From Octopus sinensis (taxonomy: Eukaryota), in assembly GCF_006345805.1 (NCBI RefSeq), contig NC_042998.1, forward strand, positions 39,370,001-39,434,000: a stretch of 64,000 nucleotides of DNA. Reading direction: 5' to 3'. The translations under genes and the position numbers were made by a program. The notes under the pieces are model-generated. The model ran no database searches, was not told where the DNA came from, and worked only from the letters and a program-made list of their open reading frames with translations. How positions within the stretch are numbered: position 1 is the stretch's first letter; every line of letters begins with the position of its first letter. This document shows positions 1 to 14,395 of the stretch, piece after piece.

Positions 1-670
1 ACGTAGCGTAGAAATGACAAAAGCTCATAATGAGCTCCGTTCCTATGTTGACACGCCATGCTGTAAACGTCAACCAACGTTGAATAAATTCTTCAGTCTT
101 GCAGCAGAGGTTAATCATGATAACTTATAGTAACACTCTTCTTTCTCATAGCTTCAATTTCACTACCAATTCTCACATCGCAGTCATCATTTGTGGTGAA
201 TGCGTACAGTCTTATGACATTGTAGTATTATTGTTTATTTTCTCATTTATTTCTCTTCAAAAGTTTTTGTGCATACATACTTTAATAACTATACAAAATT
301 TGGAAAAAATGGTTGTATTTTTGTTTTAATATGCTGTCATCTATCTCAGTTTATAACATAGAAATCAATAGGACATACGTGACGGAATTCCGATTACAGC
401 AAATACTTTCATAACGAGGAATTCCGTAACGCAGGGGTAACTGTATAATTATCAGTACTCTGGTCATAATTATTTGTTAGCCTTTCATCTTAATGATAGC
501 ATCACCAAGCTTTTAGGAAACGGCATCTAATTAATAGCATTCTCTTTGAACCATCGATTTTGATAATGAAAAAATACCGCATTTACAGAGAACACTGCCC
601 TGTATGGTGTGTGGTGGATAGAGAATCTGTAACCTTTCATTGACGAAAGTAGTCCTCTTCTTTTCTGGCT

Positions 671-870
671 TTAGCTACAATCATTTTTTATAAAACGTTC
701 AATCATTCTCGAAGGCTTTATTGCTTTTGAAAACGGTTTTTTTTGTTTTGTTTTTTCTTCAAATATTAAACACAGTGGCAATTGCTCGTTATTTATAGAT
801 GCAATAAAGCCGTATTTCAAATATTCACTCGAGTACTGACGGCACTTTTTTTTACTCATTCTAATTTTTT
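671..870 (-). mobile_element. hAT (Charlie/Buster-type) transposase N-terminal fragment
   Basis: MSKKKCRQYSSEYLKYGFIASINNEQLPLCLIF...KPSRMIERF resembles the BED-finger N-terminus (RQY..EYLK.GF...P.C..C...LSN.AMKPS) of Buster/Charlie transposases; degenerate. Confidence 0.7.
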
Positions 871-2561
871 TTAACGGGTAACGTACACAATTGTATATAA
901 TTATATTACTAAACAAAATATAATGGAGATCTCAATTTACAAAAAGCGCATAAAGAATACTATTCAAGATAAAAAGATAACATGAAAAATTAATTATTTT
1001 TGTTCACACATCTTTAGACACGATACATACCGTTTCACCGTTTCATTATGCACAATGTGATTACTACTACAGGTAAACTTTAATCTGCTAATTATGTTAC
1101 CTCATAGCCCCCTCACCCCCACCTCCTCACCGTACCCCTTGTGGACGATATCATCCACGCTGAGAACTTTTGATACAGATGTTGGTGTAACATATCAATG
1201 AAAAGCATTCATTGGCTACATCGCTAGGAGGAGGCTCGAGTTGGCTTTTCACATTTGCGGTTATTACAGAGAAATTAATGTAATACACGTTTATTTGTCT
1301 CAGACATTGGACTCGGACACCACGTTGGGAAGGGGTTACCATATTGACCCCAGGACTTTTTAAAAAGTGATACATATTTTACCGTACCTTTCGTTGAACT
1401 GCTAAGTTTCGGGACATGAACACAGAGTACCATTTTTCAATCGGTATCAATGTAAAACAGGCATCAAGATAGATATATAAATATGCACACACGCACAAGG
1501 AATCGAACGAGATAAAATTATCGTCAGGGAAGGAATATGGATACCTTTGACCTGTTATTTTTCATCGCCAGTGATAAATGTTACAACGGTGTCTTAAAGC
1601 TGGAGTAAAGAAAGCTTCAACAGACTTTGGAATATATGGAAATCAGAGCTGTGTGCTGCATTCAACCAAATCACTTCATCCTTTAATTCTTTCGCAGTTC
1701 CAATTCCAGTACCAACATTTGGTATTCTGAATTACACAGTAGAAGGAATCAGTGTATTGGTTCTTAGAATTTGGAAGATAGTAAATTCCACATCAACAGC
1801 GACACTAATAGGATCTATGTTAAACAGGGAGCGGAGTCATAAGTTTGGCTTGGGCGGTCTTTGAGTGCTGCATCGTGTCACTTAGACAACACCCACTGAA
1901 CAATAAAGAGAGAAACGAGCACGTCACGTGTATACTTAGCGGCGAAAGTAATATCATGAGATTAGGCGAAGAACTCTTGAATAGTATTCTGGGTGTACAG
2001 CTGATCTGTGTAAACCGAGGGTGGCTGGATTGAGACTTGGGGGTGAAATACTCATCATACCAGGAGAAACTTATGCATGAGAACTACCCACCCGCCAGGT
2101 AGAACAAACCAATAACATTGCTAGGAATGGTAGCTTCTCTTGGGCCTGTGACAGATATATCACATCACGTCTAGAAGTGAGATGTATCTACCACAGGCTT
2201 TGCTATGCAGGAACATTGTCGCTAAGACCGTCTACAAATTACACGCAAGAAGGATTTCCTGTTGGCTCTAGCACACGAGAACTAGAATGCATTGAATGCA
2301 TTGACGCCTTTAGAAATAAAGAATGTTGGTGGGACATTGAAATAAAAACAGGAACACGGTGTAAAGACTAAAAGCCAAATATTGTTCAAGGGGATAAGGA
2401 GCAAAAGTCATGCACTCTTGTAGAAGTCAGTCGTCCAGCGAATGTGCACACATACATAGGTCTAAGCATATACCTGTAAAGAAACTGTAATAAAACACGC
2501 ATACACACCTGTGTACTAAAGTCACATGCATACCCATTACACATAAGTGCAAGTTTATCCA

Positions 2562-3085
2562 TACTCACACATAGCCACACACACGCACGCACGCACGCAC
2601 ACACACACAGACACACACACACACACACACACACACTCTCACGAAAATATGTAGACACGAATTCAGATACCACAAACCCAAATGCAACCTTGATTTAAAC
2701 AAAAGAGCTTTGAGCTTTGTCAGTTCGTTTGTGACCAGCTTAATTTCTGGAAAGGAAAAAAAATTAAATGCCAAAGAAATACACTCATACATACATATGT
2801 ACATGCATACATACATATATACATTTACACACATACACATACATACATACATACATATACATGCATACATACATACATGCACACACACACATACATATAC
2901 ATGCATACATACATGCATATACATACACCCAAACACATACATACGCACATACATACACACACACACATACATATACATGCATGCATACATACATACATAA
3001 AACATACATACATACATACATACATACATACATACATACATACATACATACATACATACATACACACGTACATACATACGTACGT
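2562..3085. repeat. (CA)n and (CATA)n microsatellite tracts
   Basis: Directly visible; similar tracts at 6130-6352, 7008-7180, 7445-7850, 12790-13035, 13975-14280, 16275-16585, 16805-17140. Confidence 0.95.
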
Positions 3086-3739
3086 ACTACTATGAACTTC
3101 CACATAGTTTCCCAAAATGCTTCGCAGTGGAACTGATCCAGTAATCACCCGGTTGTGGAGCAAAATTCCTTTTTGCGTGATTCCAAAGTTATTGCATTCT
3201 TATGAAGTCAAAGAATCTCACCTTTTCTGGGAGGTGATTCATAGTTGTTGCTTTTGGTGGATTTTCTGTAACAGCTTTCCATCTATATTCGAACCACTTG
3301 CTCAGACTTTCAGCTAAGAGCCACATCCTCCTTCAGAGAACAGAGTGCTTACATAAATGATTACCAACCACCGTCGGCTGACAAGTATCAAATAACCGCG
3401 CCAAACACTAAAGAAAAGTTATGTAAGCACCCTACTAAATTATATTTCTTGAGAGGGTCTTGAAAGTCTTGCCCAAGGTTATAAAAAGTCACGATTTGAA
3501 CCTTACAGCAGAGCTTACTCAGATTCCAGACGGATAATTGTCTCTGTATACCGCGAGATGTGTTCTCTTCTCACTCTACTTGTCCTGATATGAATATACT
3601 CTTAAGTACAAGTTCGTCAAAGGTAAATTATCCTTGTGTTTTAATATCGACGTATATACATCCGTCATTCTGTCTATTTGTTAGCTTTAGTCTCTCTTAT
3701 TTATAATATTAATAATAATGATGGTGATTATTGTAGAGT

Positions 3740-4731
3740 AAAGTCTTGTAGAGTATTTACAGAACAGCACAGAAAAACTACAAACGGTAGTTAAGAAAGA
3801 ACAAGTGAGTAATAAAAGAGAAAAGAGCAAGAATGAAATAAAAAGAGAGCACGTTAGACAGTTCGAAGAGAAACCATTGCATGGCCACTTTTGGAGAGCC
3901 ACTGAAGATGTATGTGGAACAAAGTCCTGGGCTTAGTTAAAAAAAGGGCAATTAAAATAAGAAATAGAGAGTCTAATTTGTAGCATCCCAAGATCAAGCG
4001 AAAAACAAACAACTTAAGAAAAAATATATATGGAGAGAATGTATCAGAAAAATGAAGAGCCTGTGGAACTTGGAACGAGACAGTGGCACACATTGTTGTT
4101 GAATGCCCCAACTTGGCGCAGGAAGAATATGAGAAATGGAGGCACGACTCGGTTGTAAAAGTTTTACGCTGGAAACTGTGCCAGAAATGGGGATTTAAAG
4201 CTGGATACACATGGTACAAACATCGAGTCGAAAGAGGATTGGAGTCGGAAAAATGTAAGATTTTGTGGGACTTTCCCCTTCAAACGGACAAGAAGTTAGA
4301 AAATAACAGAACAGATATTACAATCATAGATAAGGAAAATCGAAGTTGCTTACTGATCGACCCATCACGCCCGTTTGATTCCAGGATCGTAAAGAAAGAG
4401 GAAGAAAGAGAAAGAAAATGCAATCCTTTAAAATTTGAAATGGGAAGAATTTGGAGAATGCGAACAGTAAATGGCGTGCGTATAATAATTGGTGTATTGG
4501 GAAGAGTAAGCAAATGGTTGAAGGAGATTGAAATAGAATGCCCATTAGAGCTCCAACTGAAAGCTTGCCTCTTAAGGACAGCAAGGATTATCAGGATGGT
4601 TCTACGCACTTGAAAGACTGCCGAAAAGGTGTGGATACCTACAGTTACAGGTAGTAACCCGTTACCCACATAAATCCTACCAGGAATAAGACTGAACCTG
4701 AGCCAACCCAAAATAATAATAACGAATAATA

Positions 4732-4762
<31 letters not shown>

Positions 4763-4826
4763 TAATAATAATAATAATAATAATATAATAATAATAATAA
4801 TAATAATGATAAATAATAATAATAAT
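3740..4826 (+). mobile_element. RLE-type non-LTR retrotransposon 3' part (R4/Dong-like) with (TAA)n tail
   Basis: EKPLHGHFW, zinc knuckle CRACG..ETVAHIVVEC..LAQEEY...RHD, ILWDFPLQTD..LENNRTDI.IID (restriction-like endonuclease), IIIGVLG; followed by (TAA)n at 4713-4826. Confidence 0.8.
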
Positions 4827-5379
4827 GGGGCACATGTAACTTGACTGGTTTAACTAGATTCTCTTTATCTTTGCATATTGTAAACCTTTATCACGTACAT
4901 CCTTGCAAAAAGTTTCTTCGACATAGCATAAATAAATAAATGTACATGTGCCTTATAGTAATCTGCTTAACGTAACATATGTATGTAAACACATTTATGT
5001 GGTAACTTTAATCAACATCGAACACCTGCCTAATAATCAATCGCAATATACTTGCCAACCCACAAACCTTTCAACATCTCATTACATAAAACAAAAAAGG
5101 AAACATGAAGAAAACACTGAAATTATTTTACCATATTAATTAAATTACTATAAAAAGAAAAACCTCGATATCTCCAGCATGTTGTTGCATTTGGGGGTGG
5201 AACAATTTTGTCAATGGATTTAGTTTTGATCTGCCTTGTGAATATATGCTTGTATAAGAGAAATCAATAAAAGGTACTCTCAATTTAAATTAGAAAAAGA
5301 AAATTAGAAGGTAAAACATTGATATGTATATCAGACATACAAATAGCTTTATTTGAGTAAAACAGAAATTCTTAACTAT

Positions 5380-5427
<48 letters not shown>

Positions 5428-5747
5428 AAATTTAGAGACTGACCACTAAAAGTAGACAGCCTATATGCCAGATATAGACGTCAAAATGGTCAGTCTCTAA
5501 ATTTTGTATGTAAAGAAAAAATGTTTAATCTTCGGATTTTTTAAAAAATATGCTAGGCCACTGGTTTTAATTGATTAATATCAATTTCTATCCTTATTAT
5601 TTAATTATTGTATATATGTATATCTATATCCAAATTATTGTATATATGTATATCTATATTTATATATATACACACACACATAAATATAGATATACATATA
5701 TATATACATATATATATATATACACACACACATATATATATATATAT

Positions 5748-6140
5748 ACTCTTTTACTGGTTTCAGTCATTTGACTGCGGCCATGCTGGAGCACCGCCTT
5801 TAGTCGAGCAAATCGACCCCGGGACTTATTCTTTGTAAGCCCAGTACTTATTCTATCGGTCTCTTTTGCCGAACCGCTAAGTGACGGGGACGTAAACACA
5901 CCAGCATCGGTTGTCAAGCAATGCTAGGGAGACAAACACAAACACATACACACACACATATACATATATATACATATATACGACAGGCTTCTTTCAGTTT
6001 CCGTCTACCAAATCCACTCACAAGGCATTGGTCGGCCCGGGGCTATAGCAGAAGACACTTGCCCAAGATGCCACGCAGTGGGACTGAACCCGGAACCATG
6101 TGGTTGGTTAGCAAGCTACTTATCACACAGCCACTCCTAC
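5748..6140 (-). mobile_element. tRNA-derived SINE with internal microsatellite
   Basis: Head gtggctgtgtgataagtagcttgc...ggttccgggttcagtccc (B-box-like), internal (TA/CA) tract, tail ...gaataagtcccggggtcgatttgctcgactaaaggcggtgctccagcatggcc. Copies at about 20455-20850(+), 25402-25570(+), 38655-38810(+), 39280-39465(+), 42384-42725(+), 58240-58380(+), 60400-60600(-), 62520-62660(-). Confidence 0.8.
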
Positions 6141-6160
6141 ACACACACACACATATGTAT

Positions 6161-6192
<32 letters not shown>

Positions 6193-6243
6193 ACACACAC
6201 ACACACATACATACATACATACATACATACATACATACATACA

Positions 6244-6349
<106 letters not shown>

Positions 6350-8539
6350 AATAGTTAAGAATTTCTGTTTTACTCAAATAAAGCTTTATTGTATGTCTGC
6401 AAAGCAAGGAAACATGACAGGTTGATATTGATACGGTCATGTCTCCAACATCGAGGTTAACATTTGTCTCTCTTCTGCATAGACATTATGGTAATTAGTT
6501 CCTGTTATTATTAGCTTTAGGCTGTTGCGACTGCCTTTTCTTTGAAAACGATAAAGTATGGGTTTTTGTTTTGTTTTGTTTTGTTTTGAACCTAGGAAGT
6601 TACAAAGATTCTTTTTCGTGTTTGTTCTTCTTTAAAATGTCCATCCACTCCTCCACACGATTAGTATGCAAGTCCCAATCGCAGACATTAACAGTCGATA
6701 AAAACCAACTGATTTCCACACCTAACAAAGTTTGAACGGAAATCAAAAAAAAAGTGTATTCATATTTCTCTAATTTATTTGAAACACGTCTGAGTTTTAT
6801 GTTTTTTTATTCTATCAAATTTTATATTTATGCTTTTCACTAAAGAAATAACTTGTTGAAAAAACTGACACCCTTTTCATAATTTTGCCTGTCAACTTAT
6901 ATCCATTCTATGCGAAGACATAGGCGAGCTCACCCACCATTGTATTACAATTGTATTACATATATTTACAGTGTGAAGCGAGATTCTTTTGAACGAATGA
7001 GCGGGCTAACACACACACACACTCACATACATACATGCATACATACATACACATACATACATATACATACATACATACATACATACATACATACATACAT
7101 ACATACACACACACATGCATACATACACACATCCACATATACATACATTCATAGACGCACACACACACATACAGACAGACATACAGAGTTGTAGAGTTTA
7201 AATTTATAAAGCATTCCCGGAATTCTTTAATTCCTTGGATTGAGCATTTGCACCTAATTATGTCTACTCAGATATAGACACAGTGTTAAAACATACATTC
7301 GTGTACCAAAGTGACATGAACGCGAGTTTACACACACACACACACGCACGTGGGCACGCACCAATTCACAAATGTCAAAGGCTGTCTTGGCTCAAATACA
7401 AGCGTTTGTCTCTATAGTAATGACGACTTTAATTAAACTCCAAAGCAAATACATACATACATACACGTACAGACATACGCATATGCATACGTTTTTACAT
7501 ATATACATACATATGCGTTCATACATACGTACGCACACATACAATTGTTCGTGCATACCTACATACATACATGCAGACATACATACATACGTAAATACAT
7601 ACATTCGTACGTACATACATACACACATACATACACACATACATACATGCAGACATACATACATACATACATACATACATACATACGTAAATACATACAT
7701 AGTACGTACATACATACACACATACATACATACATACATACACACATACATACACGCAAACATACATGCAGACATACATACATACACACATACATACACA
7801 CATACATCCAGACATGCAGACATACATGCAGACATACATGCATGCATACATATATGCGCCTACAGCCAACAGACTAAGGTGACACTTGTTTACTGATCTT
7901 GCTTCAAGAACCCTATGGAGAACTCTTACAGTTCCAAGCAATGAGGATTTTTGTAGGTGTTCTATCTTTACAGATGTACCAATCTTTTTTGAACCATGTT
8001 AGTAGTTGAGTGCTGATGCTTCCAAGCGCGCCAATTACTTTTTGGTATCACATCCACGTTAGTTTTGTAAATTGTTGAATTTTTTCGTTGTTGTAAAGCT
8101 TGTTTACACAGACTTTTTTCTTTCGAAAAACGGACAAAACCTTTTGTAACCTTTCGTCCTGTTTAGTCCCTTTATGTTTTCCAATCATGTTTGTCAGCCC
8201 TTGTGGCCAATAAAAAAGAATTAATTATTATCATTATTATTGTTGTTGTTCTTGTTCTTGTTATTATTGTCGCTGTAGTTTTAGGCTTTATATCCTTTGT
8301 AAGCTCATAAATGGGTTTCCTAAGATCATATTTTTAGAATGCTTCCCATGATTGTATTTATTTCAGTTACTATGCCTCAGCGCACCTTTAGTATGAGATT
8401 TATCATTAAGAAACATAGATCTGGTGCTGTGGGTAGCTTAATCGACTTCAGGTGAAAGCACAATACTTCGCGTATAACCCGCATTAGATAGAGCAGAGTT
8501 GTTGTAATGGCGAGGCTACGCATTGAACACGTCAACGCC

Positions 8540-9470
8540 AGCAGAGTGTTGCGTAATTCTGGTCAATATGCTTTCAATTTGTGAGTTAAGTACTCAAGGG
8601 GCATGCAATCGGTTTACATAGGTAGTAATCTCAGAATGTTTTCGATAGAGGTAATATAGACCGAATTTAAGGTCTAGAGTAGCGTCAAGGAAATTAACAG
8701 CCCTAGTATTATTCATGAAGGTTATGTCCAGGTTATAATTTTTTAAGAAGTTTCTAAGTTTTTTTTTTTCTAGTCCTTTCTAAAACTACCTTGCTATTAG
8801 TAGAGATGATGAACAGAGTATCATCCCTATGTAGTCTGCCTGCAGATCAGGAAAAATATCTTGGGGGCATTATAAGAGATAGATAGAAACCAGCTAGATC
8901 AGTGGCTTGAACCGAGTCACTAGATTTCATTGCTATATCGAAAATGTCGGGGGTATTGCGTCTCATCCACAATTTACCTTCAAATTCAACAACAGTTCTT
9001 TGGGCTAATGAAACGATATCAATATTATCCTTAAAGAGAGAAGACAACTTTCTATCAAATACTAGTGCCTTGATTAAGAGTATGGGAGTTATACTAGAGT
9101 AGTAAGAATTAATATTAAACTGTAAAAATAATTATTTACTTTTATTATATATGAAAGAAAACCAGTGTATGACCTCGCCTATTTTGGACCATGATTTGAA
9201 GGATATACACGGAATTAAGTATGGGACAATTCTATCCAGCAGTGTTCTACTTCAGCGTCCTGTGTTCGATCTGGGCATGCAACTAAGCCGGACAGAAGGC
9301 TTGTCCCAAAAGTTAATTTTATGGTCTTTTAAATTTATCCAAGGCTCAAAAGGGTTATGTGACTCACTCTTGTCTTCAAGTTTTAACTTGAGCGTACATT
9401 CAATAGCCACAGAGTAAATTCCGTCTAACGCGGATTTATGGGTCGTCAAATATTTGTGGGAAGCGGTTCC
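8540..9470 (-). mobile_element. Penelope-like element RT fragment (degenerate)
   Basis: GKLWMRRNTPDIFDIAMKSSDSVQATDLAGFYL corresponds to the PLE RT segment W.KK...[21 protein letters not shown]; frameshifted downstream. Confidence 0.6.
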
Positions 9471-10027
9471 TTAAGTATATGGTTGCAGTAAGTGGAGTAA
9501 TCTGTGTGTGTGTGTGTGTGTATAAAACAAAGTTATTTTATTTCACACGAGTAGAAATCCGTAAAATAAGGTGACTGAAGCACAGGAGGTGCGTGTTTTA
9601 AAATAAAACCTTAACTAAAGCCTGTGTAACATTAAATACTGACAGACGTCATAGAAATATCTAGAATTCCCGGAAACCTTTTGGAAGTGGTTGGATAGTA
9701 AATCAGTCTAATAAAATGTTGATATTCTTTAAGATGTCCCTTAAACGGTATGGCTACATGTGTTGATATTCCAGAATTATATATAAATATGACACAAAAA
9801 CAAAATCACAATTAAAACATTTTGCATGACCAACTTAATAAGTTTCTAGAGAATTATTTATACAGCTAAATAAGTGATGTAGAATGAACTAACCAGAATA
9901 AGTTTTGTAAATTAGATTATATCCTTTCTCTGTTGCTATTTGTTGGAATAAAAATCCTGTAAATTTTTAATAAAAGAGTACAATGAACATTTAAGCAGCA
10001 AACACAGTAAAGATTATTTCCAAAGAC

Positions 10028-10250
10028 AAGGCAGCGAGGTGGCGGAAATGTTATACGCCATGCAAAATGCTTAGCGGCATTTCGTCCGTCTTGACATTTT
10101 GAGGTCTAACTCCGTCGACGTTGACTTTACTTTTTATTCTTTTGGGGTCGACAAAATAAGTACCCGTTGAGCACTAGGGGCGAGGTCGATGTAATTGACT
10201 TGCTCCTCCCCGAAATTAGTGGCCTTGGGCCAAAATTTCAAATCAATACT
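10028..10250 (+). mobile_element. Second tRNA-derived SINE family copy
   Basis: ggcagcgaggtggcggaaatgttatacgcc...aaaatgcttagcggcatttcgtccgtc...ggggtcgacaaaataagtacc; related pieces at about 22700-22850 and 60150-60330. Confidence 0.65.
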
Positions 10251-11801
10251 ATCTCCAATGGTATCAATTATCAATAAAAGTATATTTCTGAAGACAAGAA
10301 ACATGTTATTTCAATAACATTTTCACGAGACATTGTATGAACTGTATGAAGAAGAATCCCGAATCCTGCAACTTCAAAGATTTGTTCATCAATAAGCAAT
10401 ACTTCACTAACCGGTTTATCTCTTCTAAAATTTAACAAAAAAATGCTTTATCCTTTCCGACTTGATTTTTACAAGTTTTAAAAAAAAATAAAAGGCATAT
10501 ATAAATATTAGCCAATGTTTGAATACCTATTACTACATATATGTTGCGTGATTGTACGTTTTATTTTTTGTTTTTGTTTTATTTTTCCCCTGTATTTCTT
10601 TAATTTTTATACACTCGCTGTCGCCCTCCCCGTACACACATTCCTGAAGAATGGGTTCATCTTATATTATTGGAGAGAACTTAAAGAAAGTATCAATCCA
10701 AGTTTGAAGTAAGAAGAGATTTTTCAATGATAATATTCCAGTATGCAGGATGATTCCAGTCGCAGCTTCAAAAGCTGATTGCTGAAAGCCTCTCTTCTTT
10801 GTGGGAGGTTTGAAAAGGACTTGGAGATGGTATATGCATCTTTCTCCCTATTGTGGCAGCCAAATTGTATGTCTTGCAGCCTTCGTCAATTCTGTGGAAT
10901 ACATATATACAAGGTGTTTCTGTCAAGCAATTTTGAGATATAAATAAATTTATTTCAACCAGTTGCATAACATTTTTCTTTATCAGCGTGTGAATGGAAG
11001 AGTGTTTTTCTTTTCGTCAAAAGAAGATTGGTTAATCAATTAGGTATAAAGGAGGAAGTTAAACTAATCTTCATAAATGATAAGGTCATTGCTAACATCC
11101 GTAATGATGTATCTTTAGATATTTTGATTAATTAAAATTATTCTAGTGGCGTGAAGAAACGCTTACCAGCTTAATGATCAATGACAATCCCAGCATTTAA
11201 ATAAATCATAAATAGAATAAGAGCTATATAGTGGGGGATGAGTCTCGTCTTGGCAGTATGGTGACAACTCTTGCCTTCTTTTGGTTCAATGGAAGCTAAG
11301 GGACTAAACGTGTTGGTCATTTTGCAGGCTATAACCTTATGTATTACCTCCAATTCATGTTTCATGCTACCATACCTCTGTCTTTCTCTCGGTCCATCTC
11401 CCCACCCCTCTCTCTATATATTTATCTATCTATCTATCTATCTATCTATATAAATATCAAATAATATTTAGAAGTGTGTCCCTTACCGGCCACATTAAAT
11501 TACTTTAGGATATCAAAAGTTTATTATTATTAACTATTTGTTTAATGTTATCAAATTTTACATAACATTTTCATAAACAGAGCACAGGAAGGCTATGTGG
11601 TTGGGAAGCAAGATTCTCAAGACCATATGGCCTTAGGACCAGTCCTTCTACTTAGCACCTTGGGAAAGTGTCTTACCCAAAAGCCCCAGGTTCACCATAA
11701 TCTTGTGATATGCAAGTATATGCATGAGAAGAAATACATACAAAACAAAACTTACAAATCTGCACGTACACACACACACATACATATATACATACATACA
11801 T

Positions 11802-13130
11802 GATGGCTGTCCCCTCGTTATCGAGTATGACCATTGCACGAAGCTTAACTGTTATTGGTGCTGCGATCGAATGTGACTTTTCAGCCTAGCTAAAGATCTA
11901 CAATGTCATATGAAAGAAGTTGCACGACTCTACCGCAATGTATCATCAGATGAAAGAATGAGCAGAAGACTGCATGGATGTGTTAGTAGAAAGCTCCAAG
12001 ATGATAGTAACATCGATCATCAAAGCAGTTTATCATGGACCAATAGCCGGATTACTACCTCCCACTTTGAAGGGTGTATTTTCTATCCAGGAGCAGGAAA
12101 TATCAACCAAGTACCTGATGCACAAAATGGATTGAGATGCAGGTAAAGCCCTGATGTGTGACAACCGATCCAAACTTAGTGGAATTCACACTGAAGATAT
12201 CACCCACATCATAAGTAGTTGTTCGAAAATGTCATCATGGAATTATCTAACAATGAGACATGATGTTGTGGCTAGGACACTCTATAATGAAATCCGTCAG
12301 AAGGATAATCTTGAGGACAAAGAAATAAGGACCCACAATATGGTAGAAGCCATCGCCACTCACAATAAAAAGGAATACTGGTAGAATGTACCAGTGAAAC
12401 CCTCAATAAAATGTAAGCACAACAGACCTGATATAATGATTTGGGATAGAGAAGAGAAACTGTGCACAGTTGTGGAAATTAGCTGTCCAGCGGATGTTAA
12501 CATAAAGCTGAAGATCAGTGAAAAAGAGAACACCTATGCTTAACTATTGAGAAATCTGCAGTTACTCTATCCAGATTACAAGTTCAGGTTTATACCTGTA
12601 ATTATTGGGGCCCTAGGATATGTAACCCACTGCCTGAATACCAATCTTGAGAAATTAGGCTTCTCAAAAGGAAAAAGGAGAAAGCTAATTCGAAGACTAC
12701 AGATTTAATCCATCACTGGAACTGTAAAATTCTGTAAAACTTTCCATATATTTAAATATATATGAGCGTATCTAGATATGCAACTATATGCATGAGAATA
12801 CATACATAAAACATGTGAATCTGCACATACATACATACATACATACATACATACATACATACATACATACATACATACATACATACATACATACATACAT
12901 ACATACTTACACACATACATACATACAAACATACATGCATACATACATGCATGCATACATACATGCATACATACATATATACATACATACATACATACAT
13001 ACATACATACATTTATACATACATACATACATACATGCAAAAATACCGTTGTTGATGTTGAAATTCCAATGAAGGAGCCTTGGATCTAGGTTAGAAACCG
13101 GCTCTTTCCCGGTTGGCAAGAAATCTTGAA
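11802..13130 (+). mobile_element. RLE-type (R4/Dong-like) retrotransposon 3' part, bounded by and containing (CATA)n
   Basis: EDITHIISSCSKMSSWNYLTMRHDVVAR, KHNRPDIMIWDREEKLCTVVEISCPADVNI and FIPVIIGALG (RLE domain); the 3' UTR is split by (CATA)n at 12790-13035; in-frame stops. Confidence 0.8.
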
Positions 13131-14099
13131 ATAAACTAAATAATGACATACATACATACATACACAACAGCTTGAATGAAAACGTTGGTTATGGTTAAAT
13201 ACTTATAATTCTGTTAATTTTGAGCATCGAGATAAACTTTTTTCTCTATTTGTAAATGAAAGAAGCTCCCTTAAAGTTTGAGAACCCCCTTAAAGCCTGA
13301 ATAGAATTCAACCAACTTGTTAACTTCAAGGTAGATTTTTTTATGCCTCTTGTGCTATATATTAACATGTGCATTTATGATATGGTGAAGTTCTCTATCA
13401 ATGTTTTAGTTTCGACGGTTACATAAACAATCGTATAAGATAAATCAATGCAAAGAATATAAAAACAGAAAGAAAAAAAAACTAATAAAAGTAGCAAAAG
13501 CTCACTGCACAAAGGTGACAAACAAATAACAGAGTAATAAAGTATGTTTTGTGTGTTGTCAAGCTGTGAACACCTTGTAAGTAAACAGGTGTAAATATAT
13601 TCCTTTGGTGAATATGATTGGATAAGGCAACTGTCACTCGTAGAACAGCAGTAAATTAACTGGTTACATATATATGTATCATAATAGTCACTCCTCTTAG
13701 AATTTCTTTATCTTTATCATCCTTTCTCTCAGTACATATTCTCTCTCTCTCTCCTTTCTTTCACTCATGCAAACATACACACACATACACGTGAAAAAAA
13801 GAGCCTCTACATAGTCGTTCAACCTGTTAGAAAGAGCAACCAACTCTCCCTCAGATCTCCCAGTCTCAAATGATGATCCGAGGATAATCAATGGTCATAG
13901 GAAAAAGAGGAACTAACCACAACTGAAATGTTTCTGATCAGTGGTCAGTACAGTCAGGGCCGACGAGAAGACATACAGACACACATACATACATACATAC
14001 ATATACACATACATACACACACACATACATATGCACGTACGTACGTACGCACACATACATACATACGTACACACATACATGCATAATACATACATACAA

Positions 14100-14186
14100 T
14101 ATATATATGAACATGTCTAGATGTGCAACTATATGCATGAGAATACATACATAAAGCAAAACATACAATTCTGCACACATACATAA

Positions 14187-14225
<39 letters not shown>

Positions 14226-14393
14226 TACATACATACATACATACACACATACATACACACACACATACATACATACATACAAATAAAAGTACCCTGTTGA
14301 TATTGAAATTCCAATAGGTTGGAATCTAGGTTAGAAACCGGCTCTTTCTCCATTGGTAAGAAATCTAGAAATAAAACTGAACAATTACATACA
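14100..14393 (+). mobile_element. Second 3' UTR copy of the CATA-associated RLE element
   Basis: tctagatgtgcaactatatgcatgagaatacatacataaa...[CA/CATA]n...tgttgatattgaaattccaa...tctaggttagaaaccggctcttt, homologous to 12770-13120. Confidence 0.75.
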
Positions 14394-14395
14394 TA

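Noticed and set aside
1560-2370. Possible LTR-retrotransposon integrase relic on the minus strand
   Set aside because: Only vague resemblance with many stops; cannot be supported by eye.
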